From Macrostomum lignano (lineage: Eukaryota): a stretch of 64,000 nt of DNA. The DNA lies in contig NIVC01001685.1 in NCBI GenBank assembly GCA_002269645.1, positions 124,001 to 188,000 on the forward strand. The letters run 5' to 3'. Below are positions 1 to 13,698 of this stretch, piece by piece. The notes beneath the pieces were generated by a model, which saw only the letters and a list, made by a program, of their open reading frames with translations, did no database searches and had not been told where the DNA came from. The position numbers and the translations under genes are program-made. Position 1 is the first letter of the stretch. Every line of letters begins with the position of its first letter.

Positions 1-783
1 TGTTTGCCTGTCTCCTTATGCCTGTCTCTATATGTTTGTCTCTCTATGCCTGTCTCTCTATGCCTGTCTCCCTATGTCTGTCTCCCTATGCCTGTCTCTA
101 TATGCCTGTCTCTCTATGCCTGTCTCCCTATGTCTGTCTCCCTATGCCTGTCTCTCTATACCTGTCTCTGTTTGCCTGTCTCCTTATGCCTGTCTCTATA
201 TGTTTGTCTCTCTATTCCTGTCTCTCTATGCCTGTCTCCCTATGTCTGTCTCCCTATGCCTGTCTCTATATGCCTGTCTCTCTATGCCTGTCTCTCTATG
301 CCTGTCTCTCTATGCCTGTCTCCCTATGCCTGTCTCTCTATACCTGTCTCTGTTTGCCTGTCTCTCTATGCCTGTCTCTCTATGCCTGTCTCTCTATACC
401 TGTCTCTGTTTGCCTGTCTCTCTATGCCTGTCTCTCTATGCCTGTCTCTCTATGCCTGTCTCTCTATGCCTGTCTCTCTATGCCTGTCTCCCTATGTCTG
501 TCTCCCTATGCCTGTCTCTCTATACCTGTCTCTCTATGCCTGTCTCTCTATGCCTGTCTCTCTATCCCTGTCTCTCTATGCCTGTCTCTCTACGCCTGTC
601 TCTCTCTATGTCTGTCTCTCTATGCCTGTCTCTCTATGTTTGTCTCTCTATGCCTGTCTCTCTATGCCTGTCTCCTTATGCCTGTCTCTATATGTTTGTC
701 TCTCTATGCCTGTCTCTCTATGCCTGTCTCCCTATGCCTGTCTCTATATGCCTGTCTCTATATGCCTGTCTCTCTATGCCTGT
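1..783. repeat. 14-bp minisatellite (TGCCTGTCTCTCTA)n, truncated by the window edge
   Basis: Unit read directly, with minor variants (TCCCTA, TATATG, TTTG). The three overlapping 266-345 aa ORFs are its stop-free frames. Confidence 0.95.
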
Positions 784-856
784 CTATCTTCCCAACCCCG
801 CTAAGCCTCTTTCTCATCTATCTAATCTTTTATCTCTCTCGTTCTGTTTAATCTAC

Positions 857-1074
857 CCGTCGATCTCAATCTTCCCTAAGGCCATCTTAAACTCCAACAA
901 AAGCCAGTCTTGTCCACAAACAGACTTCCACTTTAGCATCCCCCCAAAAAACCGCCGCCTTTGTCGGGCCGCCCCTTCAACCGTGACAGCCCCGCGCATA
1001 GATGGCCCCAGAGCGGCAGGCATGCCAACAACAACAATGAATGCAACGCCAGTCCAAAACCAGAGTTGATGCAT
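857..1074 (-). CDS. Possible first coding exon of a secreted protein running off the left end of the window
   Basis: ORF MHQLWFWTGVAFIVVVGMPAALG... has a signal-peptide-like N-terminus and a basic RQRRR site. A possible donor (GG|GTAGAT, GT at 856-855) lies at the in-frame stop. No domain recognised. Confidence 0.25.
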
Positions 1075-1201
1075 AATTATTCACGCAACACTGCAGCAAC
1101 TCTAGAGAAGGAAAGCACGTCTATATGATTGTAGATTTAGGAACTAGACTAGACAATGGTCGAAACCCTTTCAGCTTATATAAGGCTTTAAATCCCTGCA
1201 G

Positions 1202-1241
1202 GATGATGGCCTGTGTGATTGCGTGTTTGACTGCTCTAAAG
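1202..1241 (+). CDS. Candidate Cys-rich micro-exon upstream of the TY-SEA exon (DDGLCDCVFDCSK)
   Basis: Acceptor CCCTGCAG (AG 1200-1201) and donor AAAG|GTGTTG (GT 1242-1243). It ends in phase 1, matching the phase-1 start of exon 3288. Speculative. Confidence 0.2.
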
Positions 1242-1680
1242 GTGTTGTTGTCGGTTTGGGTAGCATTGAATTCACTCACGCTCCAGTGAGCCCGGGCTCT
1301 CAGCTCAGATACAGATTGATAGATATGCAGACTTGAAGCTATATACAGGCTTTTACTGTAGAAAGATAAAGAACCTTTTTTGACACTATTACTAATTATA
1401 AACTACTGTTAAAAATAGTTGGATCGAGAACTGCAAAGTTTCTGAGTTTTGCCAGACGCTTGAGATAATGTATCTGCATTGTACATGTATAACTGTGCCC
1501 CGGGCCGTCAGGTCATACACTTCGCTACATGTACGCTCGTAGGTACATTTTAGAAGGTCGAAAAATGCGCGCAATGAGACCCTGGATCACGCTGCTGCGA
1601 GAAATGGCAGTGTGTTTTCTGAAATTCGGCATCTGTAGTCCATTAATGCTCTCAACTGACGTGGTTTCTCCAGCTGAATG

Positions 1681-2233
<553 letters not shown>

Positions 2234-2646
2234 CATAAACGAGCTGAAATCACAATACATTAAATCTCTAAGGCCTTAAAATTCTGTTAGCATTATTTTT
2301 CTGCTCCCTGCTCCACCAAGACATCATCTAAGCACTTGCTGACTTGGTGGCAGAAAGATCGAAAAAGTTTCTTCTTCACGCTTGCTTTAGCAAGAAGATT
2401 TTGCAACAAACTGCATCTTGTGCATGTCAGCATTGTGTGTGCTAACCACTGACAGGATGGCGGGTTCAAGCTGCACTTTGATAATGCAATGCGAAGAATC
2501 ACAGTAATTAATCATTAATCTGACTTTCGATTTTATTGCGAAGTTAATCGGTAAAAAGAAAGAATGTGACAATGGCGAGTCATCTGTCATTTTCATTTAT
2601 TAATTTGGCGTAATCATTTTTTAAGTCAGCGCCTTCATTTCTTAAT

Positions 2647-3165
2647 TTGGCACCAACTTTTCATAGTTTGGCGCCAAAATTTCCTAGTTTGGCGCTAGCA
2701 TTTCCTATTTTGGCGCTAGCATTTCCTAGTTTGGCGCTAGCATTTCCTAGCTTGGCGCCATCATTTCCTAGCTTGGCGCCATCATTTCCTAGTTTGGCGC
2801 CATCATTTTCAAGTTTGGCGCCATCATTTTCAAGTTTGGCGCCATCATTTCCTAGTTTGGCGCCAGAACTTCCTAGTTTGGCGCTATCATTTCCTAGTTT
2901 GGCGCTATCATTTTCCAGTTTGGTGCCATCATTTCCTAGTTTGGCGCCAGCACTTCCTAGTTTGGCGCTATCATTTCCTATTTTGGCGCCATCATTTCCA
3001 AGTTTGGCGCCATCATTTCCTAGTTTGGCGCCAGAACTTCCTAGTTTGGCGCTATCATTTCCTAGTTTGGCGCTATCATTTCCAAGTTTGGCGCCATCAT
3101 TTCCTAGGTTGGCGCCATCATTTCCTAATTTAGCGCCATCATTTTCTAATTTGGCGCCATCATTT
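2647..3165. repeat. 21-bp minisatellite (TTTGGCGCCATCATTTCCTAG)n
   Basis: About 24 units with a GGCGCC/GGCGCT core. The LAPSFPS ORF is a by-product of the 21-bp period. Confidence 0.93.
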
Positions 3166-3287
3166 CCTCACCATTAATCCTCGGACAAAAAAATCAGTAG
3201 AGCCAGTGCTTTGCACCGATATGTATCGTAAATAACTTTGTAAAGCAACGAAATTCTATTCAGAATCTCCCCGTACAAAATTTCCAG

Positions 3288-3735
3288 ATTTGCCATGCAG
3301 ATTCTTTGCTGTCTACTCTTTGAACTCGCCGCCGTTTCATCCGAAAGCGCCGGCGTGGCTGGGGTGGAACAAAGACTCGTCAAAGACTGCTGTACAAAGA
3401 CCCAGCTGCAATCCGCAACGCCCTGAGCTGTACAATGTCGGGCAGTGCTTAAGCCACAGCAGCAGCAATAGCAACAACCGGATCTGCTTCTGCGTGAATG
3501 CAGAGTCTGGCAGATTGGTTTCTGGCACAGAGACCCAGCCGGCAGTCTTTGTTAATCTTTCCTGCCAGCCCCTCAGTTTCCGGTTGATTCTCGGATTTCG
3601 CGATCAGTGGCAACCGGCTCTAGCCGACCCGAGCGGTCCGGAGTTCGAATCCTTGGCGGAGCGAATGGAACGAGAGATAGACGCGATTTTCTATCAGTAT
3701 GCCGGCAATCAGACGGCCAAGGTTTTGGCGTTTCG
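3288..3735 (+). CDS. Internal coding exon: thyroglobulin type-1 domain plus N-terminal half of a SEA domain (extracellular protein)
   Basis: Acceptor TTTCCAG (AG 3286-3287, phase 1) and donor CG|GTGAGC (GT 3736-3737, phase 2). Translation xLPC...RPSCNPQRPELYNVGQC...RICFCVNAESGRLVSGTET...NLSC has the six-Cys TY pattern (PxC, QC, CxCV..G..xGT, terminal C). It is followed by FRLILGFRDQWQPALADPSGPEFESLAERMEREIDAIF...VLAFR, a typical SEA start. Two N-glycosylation sequons (NLS, NQT). Confidence 0.85.
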
Positions 3736-3774
3736 GTGAGCTTGAGGGGAGTTTTCCTGTTTCATTCTTCATCA

Positions 3775-4035
3775 TTCGGCTTCACAGAATCTTTTCCATC
3801 AGGCATCACAGAATCTTCTCCATCAGGCATCACAGAATCTTCTCCATCAGGCATCACAGAATCTTCCCCATCAGGCATCACAGAATTCTCTCAATCAGGC
3901 ATGACAGAATCTTCTCCATCAGGCATCACAGAATCTTCCCCATCAGGCATCACAGAATCCTCTTCATCAGGCATCACAGAATCCCATCAAGTGTCACAGA
4001 ATCTTCTCCATTTGACGTCACAGAATCCCTGCATC
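3775..4035. repeat. 24-bp minisatellite (CATCAGGCATCACAGAATCTTCTC)n, intronic
   Basis: About 10 degenerate units starting ~40 bp after the donor at 3736. Confidence 0.9.
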
Positions 4036-4764
4036 AGGCCCTTAATAGTCTCCTCTTACCCGACTTCAAAACGATCCCCGACCGAGCCGCAAAACCTCCG
4101 CATTCAAAGCCATTAATGGCTGTCAGTCTCCCAAGTGAAAGTTTCTCAGAGAGATCTAATTTTCAGTAAATCCAGTACGCCATCCGAAATGCGATCTGTG
4201 AAAGTCTCCGCTATGCGCCCCAGCCTCCCGCAGTGCAAATCCTGTCTGCCCGCTGATAACAACCAGACCGAACTTGACTCTCCCCTATTCTGTAAAACGA
4301 TTTGCATATTATGCATATTGATAGAGGAGCTTTAAAGGGAAGAAGAGATTTAAGCTTTTAGCTCTAAACTACTCCAGCATCTCCAACTACATGCAACTGT
4401 TTGCATTGATTTGTGTTTGTGCTCCCACTTGGTTCACTGGTCTTGGAACTCTTAATGAGCTGTCCTCCCATCTCTACAGCCGCTCCCCAGAGAGTGGCAA
4501 TGGGAGTAGGAAGAAAAAGGGGAATTTGCCAGCTTCACCAGCGGACACCGCCCCCATCCGACCTCCTTCTGAGTGTCCCCTGGCACCTCATTTGCCCAGG
4601 ATTTTCCCACATTTCTGTTTAAAAAACCCTCCCAAAATAAACGGCACAGCAACGGGAAGAGTCAAATTAGCAATCTATTCATTCCGACCAAGCGGTTGTC
4701 GCTGCTTGACTGCACTTTTTATAGCCTAGGTTGTCGCATTTAAAGGCCAAGTACAAGATTACTC

Positions 4765-5465
4765 ATTGGCGCCTTACTTCCTCATTGGCACACCCTTCCT
4801 CATTTGCGCCCCACTTCCTCATTGGCGCCCCCTTCCTCATTGGCGCCCTACTTCCTAAGTGGTGCCCTCACTTCTTAATTGGCGCCTCACTTCTTAATTG
4901 GCGCCTTACTTCTTAATTGGCGCCTCAGTTCTTAATTGGCGCCTCACTTCTTAATTGGCACCTCACTTCTTAATTGGCGTCTCAGTTCTTAATTGGCGCC
5001 TCACTTCTTAATTGGCGCCTCACTTCTTAATTGGCGCCTCACTTCTTAATTGGCGCCTTACTTCTAAATTGGCGCCTTACTTCTTAATTGGCGCCTCACT
5101 TCTTAATTGGCACCTCACTTCTTAATTGGCACCTCACTTCTTAATTGGCGCCTCACTTCTTAATTGGCGCCTCACTTCTTAATTGGCGCCTCACTTCTTA
5201 ATTGGCGCCTCACTTCTTAATTGGCGCCTTACTTCTTAATTGGCGCCTTACTTCTTAATTGGCGCCTCACTTCTTAATTGGCGCCTGACTTCTTAATTGG
5301 CGCCTCACTTCTTCATTTACGCCTCCACATCCTCGTTGGAGCCCCCACATCCTCATTGGCGCCCCCACATCCTCATTGGCGCCCCCACATCCTCATTGGC
5401 GCCCCCACATCCTCATTGGCGCCCCTACATCCTCATTGGCGCCCCCACATCCTCATTGGAGCCCC
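4765..5465. repeat. Compound minisatellite: degenerate 20-bp units, then 19-bp (CTCACTTCTTAATTGGCGC)n, then 20-bp (CCCCACATCCTCATTGGCGC)n
   Basis: Direct reading. All variants share TTGGCGC. Confidence 0.93.
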
Positions 5466-6149
5466 ACGCACGCAGAAGCACAATAAATTATGCAGTTTTC
5501 CAGCAGCTAACATCGGCTTGCAGAACCAAGCAAGATCCTCAGACCGACGCATCCGTTATAAATCTGGCTTATTTTTCATAACAGCCCAGATACATGCTCC
5601 CACAGTATCTCGGGTGTCTCGGGCCTTTCTTGGCTCACCCCTGTTGCACACTCGGCAGCAATTAGCGACAGGGGAACCCCTGGACTGGATTCGCGGACAA
5701 CCTGCTATTATGATTTCCCAATTGGGTGGAACAGGTTAGAAAGTCCAAAAGGAAGGCTGGAGGAGAGACAGCGAAGGGAACTAACGGGGGGCGGCACTCG
5801 GAAAGACAAGGAGAAACTGGAGCCTGATTTGCAACTGCAGTGAGAGTTTGTTACTCCGTCATTCCGTCTTCTTCGTCTGCTGCAGCTGTCTTTCTTAGAG
5901 TCTGCAGCTCAAGTGCAAACAGCTGGAGACTGGACCGGAACTTGTGATGAATGCGGCTCTCTCCCTCCTTTGTTTTTTGAACTCGAGAGAACATGGATGC
6001 AGATGCTGAAGAGAAGGTATGTAATGAGATATTGGAGGAGCGAGAGAAAATAACATGTCCTAGAGAGTTGAATTATAAATTAAGAGGCAGAGAGAGGTGA
6101 TCAGGGAGAATGAGAGAATGGCGTGGATGACTGGGATGAGGGATAAAAA

Positions 6150-6520
<371 letters not shown>

Positions 6521-7401
6521 AGCACCCCTAACGCTTGAAGCATAAATTTTCTGGGCCTATCGGATATGAGAAAAACAGTTTTTTCGGTAAAACAAAATTT
6601 ACCAAATGTCTCATAAATCTTCCTTCTTAGTATAATTAGCCAGTCTAAAATAAGGATATTTGAAAATCTCCATAACTTGTTTTATTGTTTTTTATGACTA
6701 ATAAAAAGCTTTATGTGTCGACGTTTATTACACTTGTTTAAGAGTGCGCTTGTCTCCAAGACCTGTTACTGTGTTCTAACCCTAACCTTATTGAATAAAC
6801 TAGAGGCCCTAACAACCAAATTAGTGCCCTGACAACTAAGCAGCGTCTTTAGCAACCAAAGTAGCGCCCCTAGCAACCAAATTAGCGGCCATTAAACACA
6901 AAACATTCAGGGCCCTTTTTAACCTTCAGTGAACATAAGACGCACAAAAAATCAATTCGATTTTTACCTGTTTCATTACTGTAGATAACCTAAATGGTAT
7001 TGCAATAGAAATACATTACGGTGAGGCAGGTAGCCAGCGGTCTATGCTGCAATCCCATGGTAACTAAAATGCGTCTCTCTGACTCTATAAAATATGAACA
7101 AAGATTGCTTTAATAAAACAGCACTCAAGCGATACTCAGAAATGCGATCGATATTGACCCAGCAGCCATTAAACAAGGGAGAGCCAGCTTCCGAGATGAA
7201 GGATTGAATTCGTCCGTTTGAATTTTGGTATTGGACTGAAATACACAGGGTATTACATGCATGGTTATGAAATTTGATCTCTTTTTAGGTAAGGGGAAGA
7301 CTGCCGCACTAAATGTATGAGCTGCATTTGGGGTTCAGGAGTCTTCAGTCAGTGTACTTGTAACCTGCAGTTTGAGGTACCTGAAGTAAATGCCATTATG
7401 A

Positions 7402-7803
7402 TCTTGAATACTCCCTGAAGGTTCATGAGGGTCCTGAATACTCACTGAAGGTTCATGAGGGTGCTGAATACTCACTGAAGGTTCATGAGGGTCCTGAATA
7501 CTCACTGAAGGTTCATGAGGGTGCTGAATACTCACTGAAGGTTCATGAGGGTGCTGAATACTCACGGAAGGTTCATGAGGGTGCTGAATACTCACTGAAG
7601 GTTCATCAGGGTGCTGAAAACTCACTGAAGGTTCATGACAGGGTCCTGAATACTCACTGAAGGTTCATGAGGGTGCTGAATACTCACTGAAGGTTCATGA
7701 GGGTGCTGAATACTCACTGAAGGTTCATCAGGGTGCTGAAAACTCACTGAAGGTTCATGACAGGGTCCTGAATACTCACTGAACGTTCCTGAGAGTCCTG
7801 AAG
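7402..7803. repeat. 30-bp minisatellite (GGGTGCTGAATACTCACTGAAGGTTCATGA)n
   Basis: About 13 units, with GGGTG/GGGTC alternation and one internal ~122-bp block duplication. Confidence 0.93.
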
Positions 7804-8199
7804 CATGTCATATGCATGTCAGAATTATCATAGTAAAACACATGGGCTAGAAATATTAATAAAATTAGCTGCCTCTTTTACCTATATTCCCCTTTTAACT
7901 CCAACTATCTGATTAGACCTTTCTAAAAAGTACACAAGACCAATTTGAAGTGAACCAGAGGGCATTCTAGGTTACTAGCTAGGGCTCGTAACTTGAGCAG
8001 ATCGGGTCTTAATTGCTTACACCTCTGCTTTTTTTAAAGTCCCCAGTTGGTATTTGCACGCGATGTTGAAATTGCGGATTCCTGACTGGGCTGCTAGGGG
8101 CGGGGGGGGGGGCGGGGGCGGGTTCTGGGCTTAGGCATTTAGTTTAGCTATCTGGCAAGTATATGATTCCCCTGGCACTGGCTTCCACTCCCTGGTTCT

Positions 8200-8870
8200 C
8201 TCCTACTCTACCCATCTCCCTCTCTCCCCCTCTCTCTCTCTCTTCCCCTATCTGTCTCCCTCCCACTCCCTCTCTCTCCCTCTCTCTCTTCCCCTATCTG
8301 TCTCCCTCCCACTCCCTCTCTCTCCCTCTCTCTCTTCCCCTATCTGTCTCCCTCCCACTCCCTCTCTCTCCCTCTCTCTCTTCCCCTATCTGTCTCCCTC
8401 CCACTCCCTCTCTCTCCCTCTCTCTCTTCCCCTATCTGTCTCCCTCCCACTCCCTCTCTCTCCCTCTCTCTCTTCCCCTATCTGTCTCCCTCCCACTCCC
8501 TCTCTCTCTCCCTCTCTCTCTTCCCCTATCTGTCTCCCTCCCACTCTCTCTCTCTCCCTCTCTCTCTTCCCCTATCTGTCTCCCTCCCACTCCCTCTCTC
8601 TCTCCCTCTCTCTCTTCCCCTATCTGTCTCCCTCCCACTCCCTCTCTCTCTCTCTCTCTTCCCCTATCTGTCTCCCTCCCACTCCCTCTCTCTCTATCCC
8701 TCTATCCTTCTTTTTCCCCTCTCTTCTTTTTTCCCCCTCTCTCTCTCTCTCTCTCTCTTTTTCCCTCTCTCCCTTTCTCCCTCTCTCTCCCTCTCTCCCT
8801 CTCTCCCTATCTCTCTCTTTCCCCAATCTGTCTCCCTCCCACTCTACCCTCTCTCTCCCTCTCCCGCTCC
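8200..8870. repeat. Pyrimidine-rich array with a ~46-48-bp unit (core TTCCCCTATCTGTCTCCCTCCCACTC)
   Basis: TATC marker recurs at 8295, 8341 and 8387 (46-bp period). Confidence 0.88.
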
Positions 8871-9420
8871 GTTTCCTACGGTACCTCTTACTCCAAATAC
8901 CTCTCTTTTGTCAGCTCCCTCTCCTACTCTCGCCTTCCTTACTCCTTCATTTATTCCTCTCATACCCCTTATCAAATCTCCCTCTCACCTCTAACCTATA
9001 TCCTATTCACACCTGCATCCCATGATTTTCATCTGTAATCCATTGCAGCTGTCACTAAATATCTGTTTTCTCAGCTCGTCTCTATACGTGGACTACCACA
9101 GCAATACTAAACCTGTTCACTTCTTATAGTAAGAGAGCAGGTCAATTTTCAAGTCTTCAATGGGTTTTCCAATCATTTAGAAATTTTCAGCAATTTCGAA
9201 ACTGCGCAACGAAAACCTGTTGCGTTGTTTTAATTTCTATGAGAATCAAATAAATTAACCAGAGAAGGTCCAAGCATACAGTCGAAAAACTCCGCAATAT
9301 AAATCCTGCACTAGTAAAATATTTGTTATAGTTAGTTAAACCACTTTCTGCGTAATCGAAGTTCAAATTCTCTAAGCTATCAGCCCTGCATTTTGCATGG
9401 CCGCGGCCAGGGTTTTTCAT

Positions 9421-10338
9421 CAGAGGGGCGATATTTCATCTGAGAGGGCGCCAGTTCATCTGAGGGGCGATATTTCATCTGAGAGGGCGCCAGTTCATCT
9501 GAGAGGGCGATATTTCATCTGAGGAGGCGCCAGTTCATCTGAGGGGGCGCCAGTTCATCTGAGGGGGCGATATTTCATCTGAGAGGGCGCCAGTTCATCT
9601 GAGGGCGATATTTCATCCGAGAGGGCGCCAGTTCATTTGAGGGGCGCCAGTTCATCTGAGGGGGCGATATTTGATCTGAGGGGGCGCCAGTTCATCTGAG
9701 GGGCGATATTTGATCTGAGGAGGCGCCAGTTCATCTGAGGGGGCGATATTTGATCTGAGGAGGCGCCACTTCATCTGAGGGGGCGCCAGTTCATCTCAGG
9801 GGGCGATATTTCATCTGAGAGGGCGCCAGTTCATCTGAGGGGCGATATTTCATCTGAGGAGGCGCCAGTTCATCTGAGGGGGCGATATTTCATCTGAGGG
9901 GGCGCCAGTTCATCTGAGGAGGCGATATTTCATCTGAGAGGGCGCCAGTTCATCTGAGGGGCGATATTTCATCTGAGGAGGCGCCAGTTCATCTGAGGGG
10001 GCGATATTTCATCTGAGAGGGCGCCAGTTCATCTGAGGGGCGATATTTCATCTGAGGAGGCGCCAGTTCATCTGAGAGGGCGCCAGTTCATCTGAGGGGC
10101 GATATTTCATCTGAGAGGGCGCCAGTTCATTTGAGGGGGCGCCAGTTCATCTGAGGGGGCGATATTTCATCTGAGGGGGCGCCATTTAATCCGAGGGAGC
10201 GTCACTTTCATTTGAGGGGACGCCATTTCATTAGAGGGCGCGCCATTTCATCTGAGAGCGCGCCAGATTCATCCGAGGGGGCGCCATTTCATCTGAGAGC
10301 GCGCCAGATTCATCCGAAGGGGCGCCATTTCATCTGAG
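9421..10338. repeat. 19-21-bp minisatellite with two interleaved unit types (GGGGCGCCAGTTCATCTGAG / GGGGCGATATTTCATCTGAG)
   Basis: Direct reading. Mostly alternating units give a ~40-bp dimer. Confidence 0.93.
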
Positions 10339-11039
10339 AAAAAGGGAGAAAAGGAGAGAGAGGGAGAGAAGAGGAGAACACAGCAACCGATAGAGAACAC
10401 AAAGACAAGCAGGGAGTAAATTTTTAGACTGGATGCAGATGATGGAGAAAAGAGTAGGAGAAAGGTGGAATACACTGAGACAGGCAAATAGACCACAGAG
10501 GTTAAAAGGTGCAGACTTGAACAGAAAGAGGGTCGGACAGGACATATCGGAAGCGCTGAAGTTCGATAGAGACTGCCCCAGGCAGGCAGTAGCTGGCACG
10601 GATTAGATAAAGGAACCCAAACTGCATCGTCAGTGGATGCAGAGGTATGTTAGCAACCACAAATCCCAATTGACCAACAATCGAAAAAAGGATTTCCTGT
10701 CCCCCTCTAGGCTTACTTTGTCATGCTAAGTCAGTGCTTCAGCTGTACTGCAGTTTTAGTTATCGTTTACTGAGATTAGGGAGTTTGGGAAAAATCTCCC
10801 AGTCAGAGCCGCGGGGATAAGGAAGTTAATCCTAGCGATAATTGACTTTGTCCCTGAGTGTGCGGCTGGGCTGGGGTCAGCTTTGACAGTTGAAACTCAT
10901 CATCAAGCTGGCTTGCGTGTCGGAATGAAGTTAGAATTTAGGAACTGACTTTTAGTGACAGCTGGAATGGAGTGCGGATGGACAGGTGGCATGCAGGCGT
11001 GTGTAGGGAATGGGTTGGGGTGAGAGGGAGGATAAGGAG

Positions 11040-11430
11040 TTTGAGAAGAGAGAGTGAGAGAGGGGAGGTAGAGGGAAAGAGGGAGGAAAGATAGAAGGGA
11101 GAGAGAGGGTGAGAGGGAAAAAAAGGAGAGAGAGGGAGAGATGGAGAGAGGGAGAGAGGGAGAGAGAGGGAGAGAGAGGGAGAGAGAGGGAGAAGAGGGA
11201 GAGAGAGGGAGAGAGAGGGAGGTAGAGGGAAAGAGGGAGGAAAGATAGAAGGGAGAGAGAGGGTGAGAGGGAAATAAAGGAGAGAGAGGGAGAGAGGGAG
11301 AGAGGGAGAGAGGGAGAGAGGGAGAGAGGGAGAGAGGGAGAGAGGGAGAGAGGGAGAGAGAGGGAGAGAGAGGGAGAGAAGGAGAGAGAGGGAGAGAGAG
11401 GGAGAGAGAGGGAGAAAGGAAGAGAGAAGA
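11040..11430. repeat. GA/GGA-rich low-complexity array
   Basis: Direct reading. Confidence 0.9.
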
Positions 11431-12007
11431 AAGATGCGGAAATGAATGGAGGAGCACTAACAGAGTACGAGCTCGAACAAACACACTTATTTAGTGCGAA
11501 AAAAGCTGAATAAAAGCTTCCCCTAGACTCCCAATGCACTGAACAGTGCAGTTGAGAAGCACGCACCTGTACATCGAAAGTTAAAAAGCAGAAAGACCTG
11601 ACATCTCCAACTGTGGGCCACTGCGCTTTTGTCCTCTGGACATCTGTCTGACTATCGGAATTGTGACTTCTTCTCCTAGGACAAAAGTTTACCACAGGCT
11701 GTGCATTGGCCACCACCACCCTGAAAGCGAAGATCGAGAGAAAATGAAAAAAAACTTTTCGATTTTATTTTTATACTGGCTTTAGCCGTTCCACGCCCAC
11801 GGTCTTGACAGGAAGGATTCTAAGGCTGTGGTGCGTGTGTTCTCTGACACGCAATGTGTGTGTGGCCTGCATGGTGTGTGGTAAGATAGATTTTCAACCA
11901 CTTATATAGCGATATGATTTTTGACCACTTGGATGACCGATCCTCTGCATATAAAGTATTTCAGTTCAATTTGCTGCGATAGTGAGGTTTCTGCGACAGA
12001 TTTTCCG

Positions 12008-13698
12008 CTCTCTACTCTCCACTCTCTGCTCTCTACTCTCTACTCTCTGCTCTCTACTCTCTGCTCTCTACTCTCTACTCTCTGCTCTCTACTCTCTGCT
12101 CTCTGCTCTCTACTCTCTGCTCTCTACTCTCTGCTCTCTACTCTCTGCTCTCTACTCTCTACTCTCTGCTCTCTACTCTCTGCTCTCTGCTCTCTACTCT
12201 CTGCTCTCTACTCTCTACTCTCTGCTCTCTACTCTCTGCTCTCTGCTCTCTACTCTCTGCTCTCTACTCTCTACTCTCTACTCTCTACTCTCCACTCTCT
12301 GCTCTCTACTCTCTGCTCTCTGCTCTCTACTCTCTGCTCTCTACTCTCTGCTCTCTACTCTCTGCTCTCTACTCTCCACTCTCTGCTCTCTACTCTCTGC
12401 TCTCTACTCTCTGCTCTCTACTCTCTGCTCTCTACTCTCTGCTCTCTACTCTCCACTCTCTGCTCTCTACTCTCTGCTCTCTGCTCTCTACTCTCTGCTC
12501 TCTACTCTCTGCTCTCTACTCTCTGCTCTCTACTCTCTGCTCTCCACTCTCTACTCTCCACTCTCTGCTCTCTACTCTCTGCTCTCTACTCTCTGCTCTC
12601 TACTCTCTGCTCTCTACTCTCTGCTCTCTACTCTCTGCTCTCTACTCTCTGCTCTCTACTCTCTGCTCTCTACTCTCTGCTCTCTACTCTCTGCTCTCTA
12701 CTCTCTGCTCTCCACTCTCTACTCTCCACTCTCTGCTCTCTACTCTCTGCTCTCTACTCTCTGCTCTCTACTCTCCACTCTCTGCTCTCCACTCTCTGCT
12801 CTCTACTCTCTGCTCTCTACTCTCCACTCTCTGCTCTCTACTCTCTGCTCTCTACTCTCCACTCTCTGCTCTCTACTCTCTGCTCTCTACTCTCTGCTCT
12901 CCACTCTCTATTCTCTACTCTCTGCTCTCTGCTCTCTACTCTCTGCTCTCCACTCTCTACTCTCTGCTCTCTACTCTCTGCTCTCTACTCTCCACTCTCT
13001 GCTCTCTACTCTCTGCTCTCTACTCTCTGCTCTCTACTCTCTGCTCTCTACTCTCTACTCTCTACTCTCCACTCTCTACTCTCTGCTCTCCACTCTCTGC
13101 TCTCTGCTCTCTACTCTCCACTCTCTACTCTCTGCTCTCCACTCTCTGCTCTCTACTCTCTGCTCTCCACTCTCTACTCTCTACTCTCCACTCTCTACTC
13201 TCTAGTCTCTGCTCTCCACTCTCTGCTCTCCACTCTCTGCTCTCTACTCTCTGCTCTCTACTCTCTGCTCTCCACTCTCTACTCTCTGCTCTCTACTCTC
13301 CACTCTCTACTCTCTAGTCTCTGCTCTCCACTCTCTACTCTCCACTCTCTACTCTCTAGTCTCTGCTCTCTACTCTCTGCTCTCTACTTTCTGCTCTCTA
13401 CTCTCTGCTCTCCACTCTCTACTTTCTGCTCTCTACTCTCTGCTCTCTACTCTCTGCTCTCCACTCTCTGCTCTCTACTCTCTGCTCTCTACTCTCTGCT
13501 CTCTACTCTCCACTCTCTACTCTCTGCTCTCTACTCTCTGCTCTCCACTCTCCACTCTCTGCTCTCTACTCTCTGCTCTCTACTCTCTACTCTCTGCTCT
13601 CTACTCTCTGCTCTCTACTCTCTGCTCTCTACTCTCTGCTCTCTACTCTCTGCTCTCTACTCTCTGCTCTCTACTCTCTGCTCTCTACTCTGCTCTCT
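12008..13698. repeat. 7-bp microsatellite (CTCTCTA/CTCTCTG/CTCTCCA)n
   Basis: Direct reading. The 627-aa and 407-aa ORFs are its stop-free frames. Confidence 0.96.

Noticed and set aside
3607-4116. Mucin-like (SSPSGITE)n ORF beside the SEA exon
   Set aside because: It is in a different frame from the SEA exon. The upstream donor is phase 2, while the nearby acceptor (AG 3786-3787) would need phase 1 to give the mucin frame. Best explained as an intronic minisatellite.
8097-8122. G-run cluster able to form a G-quadruplex
   Set aside because: Short, intronic and adjacent to low-complexity DNA, with nothing to indicate function.
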